Assembly (NCBI GenBank): GCA_949372875.1
Contig: CASIAW010000002.1
Span: 39,658 to 103,657, forward strand
DNA: 64,000 nt
Source of the DNA: Candidatus Poseidoniaceae archaeon
GTDB taxonomy: Archaea; Thermoplasmatota; Poseidoniia; Poseidoniales; Poseidoniaceae
Reading direction: 5' to 3'
In this document: piece after piece, positions 36,244 to 46,847 of the stretch
Numbering within the stretch: the first letter of the stretch is position 1
Layout: each line of letters begins with the position of its first letter
Translations under genes and position numbers: made by a program
Notes under the pieces: generated by a model
Told to the model about the DNA's origin: nothing
What the model saw: the letters and a program-made list of their open reading frames with translations, nothing else
Databases searched by the model: none

Positions 36244-38034
36244 TCACTCCTCCTCATCATCGGCTTGGAATGGCATATCGAGCTTGAGTCGTAAAACATC
36301 TCTCGCTTTCTCATCAAGCATCAACGTCAAGCGTGCTCCTGCCCATGCTGAAATGAGGTTTTCTCCACTCGGCAGTTGGCATGAAAGCAAGAGGGGGCCG
36401 TCCACTTCAAGAGGCTCATATTCCGAATTATAGTCTTCGACCATTGGAGCCCATCCCTTCAGTAAACGGCGCAATGTGTCTGGAGAAATGGCATGTTTTG
36501 ATTCAGTAATCAAAGACTGAAGAGCGGGTACTGCTTCTTGGCGAGAACGCCAAGCATCTCGTTTTTTGGTAAAGGCCGGTAAACCTACATGAATTAATTT
36601 GAGTGGATGGAAGGTTCCTTCGGGCCAGAGATTGCCCCGCTTATTCGGGCATTTCTGATTGAAAATCCTCTCTTCTACCATCTTTGGAGCAATGTTCAGG
36701 CGCTTACCGCGTTTCCACCAAGACAGTCCTTCGTCCTTGACGCCATACCTTGTTTTAGCCTCTTCAATAGTTTCTTCACTCGCTGCATAAATGGTATGAC
36801 GGTTGGTGTGTGGGTGGTCCAATACCAGTGGAGTCCAATCGGAGTGAAGCGATGGTTTGCGATTCCGAATAAACGACTTGGCAATACCTTCGGGAGTTGC
36901 TTCAGGCCGGTGTCGTAAAAGAGCTACAAAAAATCCTCCTGTGTCGTTGTCATGGTGCACAAGTCGGCGACATTTCGAAAGTTCGGCTTGGATTCGATTC
37001 TCGGTAGATTCGTCAATCTCTTCATCCAGTGCCTCGTTCCAATGAAGGCGTGCTGCTGGACTCATGTGCGCTGGTTGAAGGAATGTTGTTCGAGCAACTT
37101 CAGCGCCTCTTGGGATTGGCTGAGCCTTTTCATCCAGTGCAGCCCAATCGGTAAGTCCTGGGCGAAGTTTCAATCCAGGAAGTCTGTTTTCATCGATTTC
37201 AATGAGTTCTAAATACGGCAATGTTCGCAAAAGTTGGGCAACGACTGCTTCATTCTCACACGGGTCAATACTGCATGTCGAATAGACAAGTGTGCCCCCG
37301 GGTCGAAGCAGGCTAGCACCTCTTTGGGTGATTTCTACCTGCAAACGGAACAACGTCCGACTTTCTTTCGGAGACCATTTCCACCACACATTCCGATTCT
37401 TCCGAGATGTTGCAGAACCTGTACACGGAACGTCAGCGACGATTCTATCATAGCCGGGTGGAGGGATTCGGCCGATGTGCCGACCATCTTGTTGATTGAT
37501 GAGCATGTTCGTAGTCGATAGACGCCCCCGGTTTGAGACAAGCATGTTGACTCTCCCCGATACGGGTTCATTGGCGACAACAACGCCATGTGGCGCTATT
37601 GCTTCCGCAATTTGTGTAGCCTTTGAACCAGGTGCTGCACACAAGTCAAGGATGAGTTCGCCAGGTTGAGGGTCAAGAATAGCAACGGGCAGCATGCTTG
37701 CTGCTTCTTGACGGGTAATCCTTCCTGAATCATGGAGGAGACTCAGGATATACTTACTTCGCGAGTCAGGTGCTTGACCTCTTGCGAATGGCATTTGCCA
37801 AGCAAAGGCTGCTTGACCCCAATCAATAGGCTTCCCTCCGAGTTCTCGCAAAAGCGACTCAGTCCAATCAATGTCATCGCGTGAGCGAGTAATTCGGAGT
37901 GTCTCGGGCAGGGAGGTTGTTGCAGATTGAAGCCAAGAATCCAAGTCATATCCCAGATTTTGGGCAAGATTGGCTAAAGGCGTATCTTGCGCTACTTGTA
38001 ACAAGTCCTGCTCTTGCCATTGGTCGCGGGACAT
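36244..38034 (-). CDS. RNA m5C methyltransferase (RsmB/NOP2/Trm4-NSUN2 family)
   Basis: QEAASMLP, DLCAAPGSK, DVPCTG, YSTCS, TGGFFVA. Confidence 0.92.
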   Translation of the reverse strand: MSRDQWQEQDLLQVAQDTPLANLAQNLGYDLDSWLQSATTSLPETLRITRSRDDIDWTESLLRELGGKPIDWGQAAFAWQMPFARGQAPDSRSKYILSLLHDSGRITRQEAASMLPVAILDPQPGELILDLCAAPGSKATQIAEAIAPHGVVVANEPVSGRVNMLVSNRGRLSTTNMLINQQDGRHIGRIPPPGYDRIVADVPCTGSATSRKNRNVWWKWSPKESRTLFRLQVEITQRGASLLRPGGTLVYSTCSIDPCENEAVVAQLLRTLPYLELIEIDENRLPGLKLRPGLTDWAALDEKAQPIPRGAEVARTTFLQPAHMSPAARLHWNEALDEEIDESTENRIQAELSKCRRLVHHDNDTGGFFVALLRHRPEATPEGIAKSFIRNRKPSLHSDWTPLVLDHPHTNRHTIYAASEETIEEAKTRYGVKDEGLSWWKRGKRLNIAPKMVEERIFNQKCPNKRGNLWPEGTFHPLKLIHVGLPAFTKKRDAWRSRQEAVPALQSLITESKHAISPDTLRRLLKGWAPMVEDYNSEYEPLEVDGPLLLSCQLPSGENLISAWAGARLTLMLDEKARDVLRLKLDMPFQADDEEE

Positions 38035-39486
38035 GTCTTGGGGGTCTTGCCCCCTGTCTATCTTGCTTCCGCCATGCTCAAGGGCTCAGTCCCCTCCGCA
38101 TCAAACATGATAGGAGATACGTTGCCGTGGTTTTTGCCGCTGTTCGTATTTGGACTCCTCGCTTGGGTTTTCTATGAGGCGATTGAAACATATGTGCTAC
38201 GAAAGGGCTCTCCATTCGGTGAAAAAGCACTTGTTGCGCTTCGCTGGCTACCTGCTGCGCAATTGGTGGTCATGCTCATCACTCGAAGCATCTCTTTGAT
38301 TCAACGTGACCTCAGTCATCTGGAAGTTGCCCAATACCTTGGTGCTGGCACATATCACTCCTCGGATCTGAAATTGATTGCTACAGGAGGCGGTGGGTCC
38401 GAAATAATCGCACTAACTGTCATTCTGTTTGTGTTACTTTCAGAGCGTTTACCGAGCCTTGGCAGCACGCGAGTTGAGTTGAGGCAAGGTTTCCGAAACC
38501 GCCTCATGATGTTTACTGGATTGATGCTGCTCTCTGCATCGACATTATTGTTTCCGGAATCAGCATACTACAGTCCGAGTTCTTTCCCGGCCAACACCAT
38601 CGATGCCATACCTCAATGGAGTTCGCTTATTCCACTTCTCTTATTGGCATCTTTAATGATGTTTAGCGGTGAATTATTTGCAGTGTCAACACTCTTTTTT
38701 GCAGGTGATAATTTCCAAAAGCTTGCCAGTAGGGCGCGGTTGAAAACACTCATCTTGGCCGTGCTAACGATGGCATGGTTAACTAGAGCATTAGAAGTTG
38801 AACGAAATTGGATTGAACAAATCCCTGAACTTGGTTTCTTTTTACCCCTCATACTGCTTCTTCACGTTGGAGTTTCTTTAGCCGTCATCATCCAGCCTGC
38901 AGTACGTATTGAATCCGAACTCAATCACGGAGAAGGACGTAGTTTAGGAATGCTCTTACTCGCAGCATTAATGGCCATTCTCATTCTTGTTTTAACCCCT
39001 ATCCATCTTGACCAACTCGGCATCTTCGGGCCTGAACTGGGGCCATATGTGTATGGTGTTTGGATTGCTTCTGTCACCGTTTCAGGAATGATGCTTGTTC
39101 AATTCTTGCCAGCGCTTGGATTTGATGCTGCACCTCGGCCTGAAGTCTGGTGGATGAAAATGACACTGGTCTTTGCACCAGTGATCATGTGTTTGTTCAC
39201 TCCGTTTGCCTTGTTTTTAATTCCTGCAATTTGGCTTGCGCTACCTTGGTCTTCAACCGTACCATGGTTTGTTGAGAAAGATGTTCCATCTCCTTCTCAA
39301 ACCTTTGTCCTCTATCCACTCGTTTTCATCACCATCGCATGTGCACTGCTCCCATTCTCTTGGAACATACCGTTCCTTGCATCCTTATGGTTTGGATGGA
39401 TTCCAGGCGCTATGGCAAGTATTGGGTTGACGATTCATATCAAAAACAAAGGCAGAGTTTACGCTCTTGAATCTGCGGAAGAGTGA
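38014..39486 (+). CDS. Polytopic hypothetical membrane protein
   Basis: Long hydrophobic ORF with many TMs; true start probably downstream. Confidence 0.7.
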   Translation: MPLVAGHVLGVLPPVYLASAMLKGSVPSASNMIGDTLPWFLPLFVFGLLAWVFYEAIETYVLRKGSPFGEKALVALRWLPAAQLVVMLITRSISLIQRDLSHLEVAQYLGAGTYHSSDLKLIATGGGGSEIIALTVILFVLLSERLPSLGSTRVELRQGFRNRLMMFTGLMLLSASTLLFPESAYYSPSSFPANTIDAIPQWSSLIPLLLLASLMMFSGELFAVSTLFFAGDNFQKLASRARLKTLILAVLTMAWLTRALEVERNWIEQIPELGFFLPLILLLHVGVSLAVIIQPAVRIESELNHGEGRSLGMLLLAALMAILILVLTPIHLDQLGIFGPELGPYVYGVWIASVTVSGMMLVQFLPALGFDAAPRPEVWWMKMTLVFAPVIMCLFTPFALFLIPAIWLALPWSSTVPWFVEKDVPSPSQTFVLYPLVFITIACALLPFSWNIPFLASLWFGWIPGAMASIGLTIHIKNKGRVYALESAEE

Positions 39487-39492
39487 ATATAC

Positions 39493-39837
39493 CTATTCTT
39501 CACTCAATTCTGATTCCAATACAGACGCTTCGAGTTCTGCCCAAGCAGAACCAACGCTGGAGTCTTTCACACTTGATTCGATTTCACTTCGTACCCGTTC
39601 GACCATCGTCTCGTCAGCTTCATCTGGAAATGCCTTTGAAAGAGGGCCGGCACCAGAAAGAAGGGACTTTGAAAGAAGGATGAGGAGAACTCCGGTAATT
39701 GGGAATACCCAGCCAATGCTCACTGAATCAAGACTCATTCTGTCTTGAACGAGACCCAGTCCAGTGATGAGAAAACAACCTAAACCAGTACCGAGCAAAA
39801 GCGTCGATGCAGAATTAGAAGGTGTGCTCATAGACAT
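39493..39837 (-). CDS. Small hypothetical membrane protein
   Basis: 2 TMs and acidic tail. Confidence 0.6.
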   Translation of the reverse strand: MSMSTPSNSASTLLLGTGLGCFLITGLGLVQDRMSLDSVSIGWVFPITGVLLILLSKSLLSGAGPLSKAFPDEADETMVERVRSEIESSVKDSSVGSAWAELEASVLESELSEE

Positions 39838-39881
39838 GCGTAAAGGAACTGAGCAATGAACCCAACGGGCAGACAAGCCGT

Positions 39882-40463
39882 TCAGTACGTTTCTCTCATC
39901 AGTTTATGAATCTTGTAAGGCAACAGCGCCCGATTGACTGGCGTGACTTCAAGAATACGTCCATCATCTCGGCGGCGAATATCTTGTAACAACGGATGTC
40001 GGCTCTTTTTGTGGAGTGTCAATAGAGTCGGTTTGTCAACTTCCAAAGCACTTCGAACACAATTCACGAATGCTTCGCTTTCGACAGCGAATTTGCCAAT
40101 TTCATCAATAACCAGTACTTCGCATTCATCGCGTGCATATTCAATGGCAGGGATTGCAATTCTCTCCAATGCTTCAGTATCAATGCCATAACCCAACACT
40201 CGGAGCCGAGAATCAATGTTTTTGTGAGCCATGATAGCATTCTCGCCTGTAACGATATTGAAAACACTGTAACCTAAACGCTCACTTCCATCAAGAATAG
40301 GTTCTGTCCTCATTCCCCCGATGATGGGTGCTTCAGTCAAACTCCCGCGCATTTGAATTTCGCGGGTGCGTTCGTCTTTCAACATCTCAAGGACTTTTTC
40401 CATAACTGCAGATTTACCGCTACGGGGTAAACCTGTTATGCCGATTTTTGGATGAATCCCCAT
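39882..40463 (-). CDS. Nucleoside triphosphatase, THEP1/NTPase_1 family
   Basis: ITGLPRSGKS Walker A, VIDEIGK. Confidence 0.9.
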   Translation of the reverse strand: MGIHPKIGITGLPRSGKSAVMEKVLEMLKDERTREIQMRGSLTEAPIIGGMRTEPILDGSERLGYSVFNIVTGENAIMAHKNIDSRLRVLGYGIDTEALERIAIPAIEYARDECEVLVIDEIGKFAVESEAFVNCVRSALEVDKPTLLTLHKKSRHPLLQDIRRRDDGRILEVTPVNRALLPYKIHKLMRETY

Positions 40464-40586
40464 ATGCCTCACCACGAAAAATCGCTAACGGTCCTTGCAG
40501 TGGCTTATCAGTAATAAATGATGTTGAACATAAATGCCGACTTGAGAGATTGCAATACTGACAGATGAACGGCCAAGATTGCTCGA

Positions 40587-42590
40587 TTACCGAACTGAGA
40601 GCATCAATTCCGGTATTTCAGAGGAAACTTCAACTGGTAGCATTTCCAATTCGTAATTATTGACGTTGTTATTGGCAGACCATGCACGGGCCCATTCATC
40701 CAAATCCTTCGCATTCAACAATCCACACATCCAGTGGAGGGCTTTCTCGAGTGTGCCATGACTTCCGATGAGTCGCTCTTGGATGTCTTCATGCAATTCG
40801 ATATGATTCACGCTGTTTCCAAGTACGCATCCCGAAGGTATGACTGCCCAGCGAAGGCGGCGTTCTTGGTGAGCATTGACGATAGCTTGGCAAGCAAGAC
40901 GAGGCCCGTATTTGGAGTCTGAACTGCCACACCACATTGCGAGTTGTCGCTCATTCGCTCGAGAAGGAATGTCTGTGCGGAAAGCTGGATGGCGAACAAA
41001 GACATTTCCATCTTCGTCTTCGGAAAAGTGGACGCCGCGAATAAAGGGGCGTGAACCTCGGCCTTTGACCCATGTTTCAATCGACTTGGAGTGAGCGGTT
41101 TGATCAATCTCACCAACACGAACTCGTATGGTATGGCCGTTTGTAGCAATAGCATGTTGTTGCTCGCCCATTCGAGGAAGGCGGGCGAGACGATCGAGTA
41201 TTTGCAATGTTTGCTTGCGTTCAATTCGGTCACGGGGGAGGCGGGGGATTGCCCAAGTATCTTTTGCCCAAGCAACCCAACGTTCTGTTTCCATCTCAAA
41301 AGAAGGAACTCGGTTGGAAAGGCCTTTCAGGTCACGGCGTAAGTCAGCACGACTGATTGGCCCGTGAATGACCAAGTTTTCAGTAGGTTGTTTTGCTGTA
41401 ATTCCGAGAACTGCAACACCTTGCGTCATACCAGGGAACAAATGGTTTGCTTCTTCAATAGCCCAAATATCACTCCAACCGTGACTCTCGACAAGAAGTT
41501 GGCGAAGTGGGTGGGAGGATTGTTCTCGGAGAATACTGTCCGGTGCGATCAATCGAAGGCGACCGCCTTGCTCGAGAATTTGCAAACCGCGTTCGATGAA
41601 CAAGCGGTAGAGGTTGACATTGCCTCGCATTGTGGAGAATCGCGGAAGACCATTATCGGTAAGTCCTCGAAGTTGTTCACCGAGTTCTCGGCGAAGTTTG
41701 CTGCCTTCTTCCATGCCACGGAATCGATCTTTAATTCTCAGCCAAGGAGGATTGGTGACGATAAGGTGTGGAGCATTGGACCAGGGCCAACCACCTTGTA
41801 AGGTGTCACCCTGTTGAACCGCTTTTTCAAGTAACTTTTCTGCTGTCTTTCGTGGCAAGCAGCCAGGCTTGTTCGACTTGAGACTCACTAAGTCGAAACG
41901 AATGCATTCAAGCAGCAGGCGTTGACGAGTTGACGCAACAACTAATTCATCATTGTCGAGTAATTGAAACGACGAGAGAAGAGATGTTGTGTCGGCGATT
42001 TTTTTCTCTGCAGTGCTGTCCGAGTGATTTTCCGCATGGCGGCGAATCAAGCGAGCATGGAAGATTCCACCGCCGCAAGATGTGTCTGCTACTGGGAGAG
42101 GGATACCGCTGAGAGTTCGCAAGCCAAGTTCAACGCGTTCAAACTCAGATTCATCATCTACCTCCGTTTCTTGAACATGCTGTGGCAGATTTAGTTTTTC
42201 GAGATGTTGGCGGAACCCTGGCGGGAGGTTGCTCAAATGCATCGAAGAGGTTTGAGGAGGCGTCTTTGGTCGCGTCAAACTTTCAAGTAATTCAGAAGCA
42301 ATAACGGCGTCTGCCAGTCGAGGTGGAGTCGGGTGTGCGCCGCGCGGCGAACGGCCGTCTTCTTCGGCGTCGTGACGAGCAAGAAGATGGTCGAGAACAT
42401 GGCCCGGGTCGGTTAACAGATTTGCAGGCAAGGTAGGCCAATCTTCGGGGAGGAGGGCTGCAATCGGTTGGTGGACAAGAAGAGATTGTTCCCACGCAGC
42501 AAGCCAAATATGAATTTGCTCAGTACGATTTTCTAGACATCGGTCCAGTCTCGCATACCATCCACTTACTCCGCTCTGCATGGTCCCCAC
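40587..42590 (-). CDS. Amino (N6-adenine-type) DNA methyltransferase, Eco57I/TaqI-like
   Basis: GAHPTP, DTSCGGG (motif I), NPPW (motif IV), NLYRLFIE. Confidence 0.82.
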   Translation of the reverse strand: MGTMQSGVSGWYARLDRCLENRTEQIHIWLAAWEQSLLVHQPIAALLPEDWPTLPANLLTDPGHVLDHLLARHDAEEDGRSPRGAHPTPPRLADAVIASELLESLTRPKTPPQTSSMHLSNLPPGFRQHLEKLNLPQHVQETEVDDESEFERVELGLRTLSGIPLPVADTSCGGGIFHARLIRRHAENHSDSTAEKKIADTTSLLSSFQLLDNDELVVASTRQRLLLECIRFDLVSLKSNKPGCLPRKTAEKLLEKAVQQGDTLQGGWPWSNAPHLIVTNPPWLRIKDRFRGMEEGSKLRRELGEQLRGLTDNGLPRFSTMRGNVNLYRLFIERGLQILEQGGRLRLIAPDSILREQSSHPLRQLLVESHGWSDIWAIEEANHLFPGMTQGVAVLGITAKQPTENLVIHGPISRADLRRDLKGLSNRVPSFEMETERWVAWAKDTWAIPRLPRDRIERKQTLQILDRLARLPRMGEQQHAIATNGHTIRVRVGEIDQTAHSKSIETWVKGRGSRPFIRGVHFSEDEDGNVFVRHPAFRTDIPSRANERQLAMWCGSSDSKYGPRLACQAIVNAHQERRLRWAVIPSGCVLGNSVNHIELHEDIQERLIGSHGTLEKALHWMCGLLNAKDLDEWARAWSANNNVNNYELEMLPVEVSSEIPELMLSVR

Positions 42591-42670
42591 CTAAACCAGC
42601 GGGCTGGCTTTTCCGGTTTGAATGTGACCCTTGAATCAGGGATTTGAAAAATAGCAAAAATCGAGGTTTT

Positions 42671-43096
42671 TCAAACGAGTCCGAGGAACTCAAAACTCTC
42701 ATTATGCCATTCCCAGCCTGTTTTCACCCATTCGAAAAGCGATGAGAGTTCTTTCTCCTGAACGCCGGCAGCTTTGGCGATGGTTTTGATGGCCGAAATT
42801 TCAGATGAATCGTATTCTCCATCAACCGCTGCAACGAGTATTGCATCTCGAAGAGCAATCTTCAGCACGACTGGGTTCAATTTTGAGAGAACCAGTTCGA
42901 GTGAAGGGGGTTTTTCAAGTAAATTACGAACATCGACCCGCATTTCAGGATGCATCATACATCGGCCCATGAGCGCTTCAATAATTGCGAGTTCTTCCTT
43001 AACAAGGGTGCCATCTGCCGAAGCGACGATGACCATGATTTCTGCATAGCCCTTAACATCCTCTTGAGCAAAGTCGACTGCAAGGTCGAGATACAC
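42671..43096 (-). CDS. TerB-like protein
   Basis: ASADG..EE and AAVDG..E motifs. Confidence 0.8.
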   Translation of the reverse strand: MYLDLAVDFAQEDVKGYAEIMVIVASADGTLVKEELAIIEALMGRCMMHPEMRVDVRNLLEKPPSLELVLSKLNPVVLKIALRDAILVAAVDGEYDSSEISAIKTIAKAAGVQEKELSSLFEWVKTGWEWHNESFEFLGLV

Positions 43097-43102
43097 CGGA
43101 CT

Positions 43103-43591
43103 TCACTCCGAGATCTCATTGAGGATATCGTATCCTTCTTGCATCCAAAGATAGCCTTTTGATGTCCATTTTAACAAACGTTGGACTGAGCCATCAGCGA
43201 GACCGAAATGCTCGACGATGTCATTCAACACATCTCTTTCATCGTCGTCAACTGTACCATCTGCAGCAGCCATCAACGTTGCGTCGCGTAGTGCGAGGCG
43301 TCCTGCTTCTTCACTCATGCCGTCGAGGCATTCTTCCAAAGAAGGCGGTGTTTTCAAAGCATTACGGATTATTTTCCGCTGTGCTGGAGAAAGAAGGGCT
43401 GTTCCAAGTCGTTGTTCGAACATTGCCATCTCATCAACGGTTAATTCATTATCAACTCGTGCCATATAAGCAAGGAGGCGAGCATAAGCAAATCGCTCTT
43501 CTCGGGGAAGTTTGTGTACTGTATCTGGTAGCATTGCTTCTTCCGCTGTTGTCTTAGGCTTAGAACCCCACGCTGATTCCCGGTAAAACAA
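43103..43591 (-). CDS. TerB-like protein (paralog)
   Basis: MARVD..DE and AAADG..DE motifs. Confidence 0.8.
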   Translation of the reverse strand: MFYRESAWGSKPKTTAEEAMLPDTVHKLPREERFAYARLLAYMARVDNELTVDEMAMFEQRLGTALLSPAQRKIIRNALKTPPSLEECLDGMSEEAGRLALRDATLMAAADGTVDDDERDVLNDIVEHFGLADGSVQRLLKWTSKGYLWMQEGYDILNEISE

Positions 43592-43684
43592 GTGAGATTT
43601 TGCGACCTCACAAAATTCTCCGAATTGGTTTTTCTGAACTTGAGAGAAGCAAGACTTGAAGCGAGGGGGGTGCTTGCTTACAAC

Positions 43685-44047
43685 ATGGATGCAAGCCTCA
43701 ACGTACTCGGAAAGCCTCTCGATTCTTGCTCATGCGACCCGATGACAGGCTGGTACCGTGACGGAAAATGCAACACCGACTCCAATGACCGTGGCTCACA
43801 CACCGTCTGTTGTGTTGTGACGGAAGATTTTCTTAACTTTGCTCTGGCAAGAGGAAACGATTTGATTACGCCAATGCCTGCTCACGGATTTCCTGGATTG
43901 AAACCTGGAGATTCGTGGTGTGTTTGCGCTCGAACCTGGCTTGATGCAGTCAATGCAGGAACTGCCTGTCCACTCGATATGGAGTCGACACACCAAAAAG
44001 CGCTCGAAATAATTCCGCTTTCCCTCATGGAAACCCATGCGGTATGA
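43685..44047 (+). CDS. DUF2237 family protein
   Basis: NVLGKPL..CSCDPMTGWYRDGKC, GNDLITP, GLKPGD.WCVC. Confidence 0.9.
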   Translation: MDASLNVLGKPLDSCSCDPMTGWYRDGKCNTDSNDRGSHTVCCVVTEDFLNFALARGNDLITPMPAHGFPGLKPGDSWCVCARTWLDAVNAGTACPLDMESTHQKALEIIPLSLMETHAV

Positions 44048-44048
44048 T

Positions 44049-44474
44049 TCATTCCTCTTCCGAAGTGTAGCCGAATACAATCCATCGCATGGCCGCCCAT
44101 GTAAACAGTCCCCAGCAGAGCATGTTAATGAGGAAGAGGAGACGGATGGGGGCGTCTGAGAGGGTAAGAAGTGCGTCATAAGACAGAGTTGATCCCGCCA
44201 TTCCAAAGGCATAAACAGAAAGCGCGCCAAGGATAGTATTCTTGACATTTTTTCTACCATCAAACGTGAATATACGATGGACAAAATGGGCAATAACACT
44301 TGAAAAAGCCCATGAGATGGACCACATTGCTGTTTCATTCAATGCCTCGAGAAGAAAAGTTGAGCGAAGAATTTCCCAAACGATCCAGAAAATAAAAGTG
44401 TTGAAACCTCCGGCTATTCCGAACCTTTGTAATGTACCCCTTGGAAGGACTTCAGCAACTTTAGGCCGCTTCAT
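44049..44474 (-). CDS. GtrA-like membrane protein
   Basis: RFGIAGGFNT, HRIFTF, RWIVF; 4 TMs. Confidence 0.8.
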   Translation of the reverse strand: MKRPKVAEVLPRGTLQRFGIAGGFNTFIFWIVWEILRSTFLLEALNETAMWSISWAFSSVIAHFVHRIFTFDGRKNVKNTILGALSVYAFGMAGSTLSYDALLTLSDAPIRLLFLINMLCWGLFTWAAMRWIVFGYTSEEE

Positions 44475-44488
44475 TGAATGCCCCTCCT

Positions 44489-45313
44489 TTAATCATCGTT
44501 GGTAGTGACGTCGCTTGGTTTTCCGGTAAGGACTCCCCGTAGTTTTGCATTGTCCACTTGAATGGCATCCATGAACTCGTATTTGCAATCCATCGAGTCT
44601 GCCAATACGCCAAGAGCCATCGAATCTTTGGGAAGACATTTCCCTCCAAAGCCTCGATTGAGCCCGAAGATTGGGTCCAAATGCGAGGGGCCGATCGGTT
44701 GTGCTTGCTCTGCGGTAATCATCTCTCGAATCGTATACCAATCCTCTCCCATTCCTTGGCAGATGTCATACATTTGGTTCGCAAAAATTACCTTCATCGC
44801 ATAGAATGTATTTTTGGTATATTTCACCAATTCAGCCTGGGTGGGTGTGACATGGAAGAGATTTTCGCGACGGAGAACACCTGCTTCCTTATGTTGAGTA
44901 AAGACAAGTTCGGCAACATCAGTATGATGGGTGCCGCATACGAGCAAATCTTGGTTTGCGAAATCTTCGAGACGTCGACGCTCAACCAAAAACTCAGGAG
45001 AATACGCAATCTTAAGATGTGGATATCTTTCATGATAAGATTGAGTCGTCCCTGGAACAACTGAACTTTTGATGACCGCTGTGAAGCCATCTGGTAGTTC
45101 ATCAAGAACGCCTTCAACAATACGTGTATCACACGCTCCCGTTTCAGGATGCGGAGGGGTTGGGACAGCAATGTATGCGAAATTGACATGGTCGGTGACA
45201 TCAGAGAGCTGTGTTCCTCGAGCAGGGTCGTGAACAAACAATTCATGCGCATCAGCAAAGCAAGTCTCGATAGCCCCGCCGACCATCCCCGCGCCGATTA
45301 TTCCGACCTTCAT
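44489..45313 (-). CDS. UDP-glucose/GDP-mannose dehydrogenase family protein (short form)
   Basis: [42 protein letters not shown]. Confidence 0.88.
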   Translation of the reverse strand: MKVGIIGAGMVGGAIETCFADAHELFVHDPARGTQLSDVTDHVNFAYIAVPTPPHPETGACDTRIVEGVLDELPDGFTAVIKSSVVPGTTQSYHERYPHLKIAYSPEFLVERRRLEDFANQDLLVCGTHHTDVAELVFTQHKEAGVLRRENLFHVTPTQAELVKYTKNTFYAMKVIFANQMYDICQGMGEDWYTIREMITAEQAQPIGPSHLDPIFGLNRGFGGKCLPKDSMALGVLADSMDCKYEFMDAIQVDNAKLRGVLTGKPSDVTTNDD

Positions 45314-45344
45314 GTCCCGAGGGAGGTGCTCCTAAGTATTGATT

Positions 45345-46103
45345 TTACTGCAAAGACTCTCGGAATGGTTTCGGATTCAACTTTCCATCCCTCACCATTT
45401 GTGATGCAAGAAGGAGAGTTTCTGGAGTCCCGCAATCAACCCAGGTTTCTTCACCAACTGAAAGCAACTTCGCTTTTCCAAGTTGAACGTATTGTCGTGT
45501 GATGTCAGAAATTGAAAATTTATCGCCTTGTTGCGCTCTTGCCGAATCTAAATAAGGCCAAAAGTTTTCATCAAACAGATAAATGCCTCCGATTGCCAAA
45601 TTAGAAGGGGGGTTTTCCGGCTTTTCAACGATGTCACACACATTACCCTCGTCATCGAGAACTGCCACCCCGAATGCTTCAGGGTGTTGTTCTTCGCGAG
45701 CGAGTAAAACACATCCGGGGTTTTTCTCAGTCGTATTGAATCGAGAGACTTCGTCAGTCAATTCAAGCGTAGTAATATTATCTGAAAAATAGACTAACAG
45801 GCGACAATCTTGGTTGTAAGGACGAGCGAGATTGAGTGCATGCCCAACACCCTGTGGCTCTTCTTCAAGAACATAATGTATTTTTTCACCCTCAAAACCA
45901 CCGCCAACATGCTGAGCTATTTGCCCGATGAATTCGTTTGAAATGATGGTGATGTTTTTTACGCCCGCCCGTCGGATTGTTGCAAGTGCAAAATCAATCA
46001 CCGGACGGTCATACAACGGAAGGAGCGTCTTTTGAGTATACTTTGTAAAAGGATACAATCGGCTACCATGCCCACCGGCAACCAAGATAGCATTGGTCAT
46101 CAT
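45345..46103 (-). CDS. Sugar-phosphate nucleotidyltransferase (RmlA/SpsI-like)
   Basis: LVAGGHGSRLYP, K.LLPLYD.P, VEKP, WVDCGT. Confidence 0.9.
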   Translation of the reverse strand: MMTNAILVAGGHGSRLYPFTKYTQKTLLPLYDRPVIDFALATIRRAGVKNITIISNEFIGQIAQHVGGGFEGEKIHYVLEEEPQGVGHALNLARPYNQDCRLLVYFSDNITTLELTDEVSRFNTTEKNPGCVLLAREEQHPEAFGVAVLDDEGNVCDIVEKPENPPSNLAIGGIYLFDENFWPYLDSARAQQGDKFSISDITRQYVQLGKAKLLSVGEETWVDCGTPETLLLASQMVRDGKLNPKPFRESLQ

Positions 46104-46139
46104 GAATTACCCGAGGCAGTCGTAGTTATTGGGGTTGCC

Positions 46140-46838
46140 TCAAAATTCTTCATCAGGCTTCTGAGAATCCATCAATTCCTGAACTGCGCCTTGCTTCGCA
46201 TTCTTTTCAAACCAGTCGGTTTTGACCAGGTCCCCAAGTCGTTCGACTCCTGCTTCAATTAAGTCGGTATCTTTTGATTCTGCATCTTGCCATAACTGGT
46301 TTGCTCGGTGCTGGTATTGGAGGTTGGCTTCATTCACCAGTAACTCAGAAGGGCGTAAATTATCTTCTAATCCTTCATAAAGAGGTTCTGAAACAGAGGA
46401 ATCGCGACGAGTTTTTGTTGCATCCAGTGGTGAATCAATCTGACCAGAAGTGAAACCCTTCTCGTCTGAACCCCTGCCTCTTCGTTGGGTTTTGGAGACT
46501 TGAATCGATTGAATGTTGCCTGCTTTCACCGCTTCAAGGGCAACATGCATTCTGTCGGAGTTTTCGAGAAGAGCCGGATCAACTTCAAGCATCATGAAGA
46601 GTGTTTCTTGGCGCTCAATCGCTTTCCGGTGGAAAGAAAAGACGGAGGAAAAACTGAGCAAAAGAATCAGGAATTCAAAAAAAAGGACACTTGAAAGAGT
46701 CACGCTCTTGGTGAGCCAACCTGTAAAACCGATGGCAAGGCTTGAGAATACCAAGATGAGAAGCATTCGGCGGTGGCGACTTTTCTTCGAAACCTCGAGT
46801 TTGTATTGCTGAAGAAAATAAGAGCCCGGGTCTTCCAT
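46140..46838 (-). CDS. Hypothetical protein, 2 N-terminal TMs
   Basis: 232-aa ORF in co-directional run. Confidence 0.65.
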   Translation of the reverse strand: MEDPGSYFLQQYKLEVSKKSRHRRMLLILVFSSLAIGFTGWLTKSVTLSSVLFFEFLILLLSFSSVFSFHRKAIERQETLFMMLEVDPALLENSDRMHVALEAVKAGNIQSIQVSKTQRRGRGSDEKGFTSGQIDSPLDATKTRRDSSVSEPLYEGLEDNLRPSELLVNEANLQYQHRANQLWQDAESKDTDLIEAGVERLGDLVKTDWFEKNAKQGAVQELMDSQKPDEEF

Positions 46839-46847
46839 TCTTGACCC

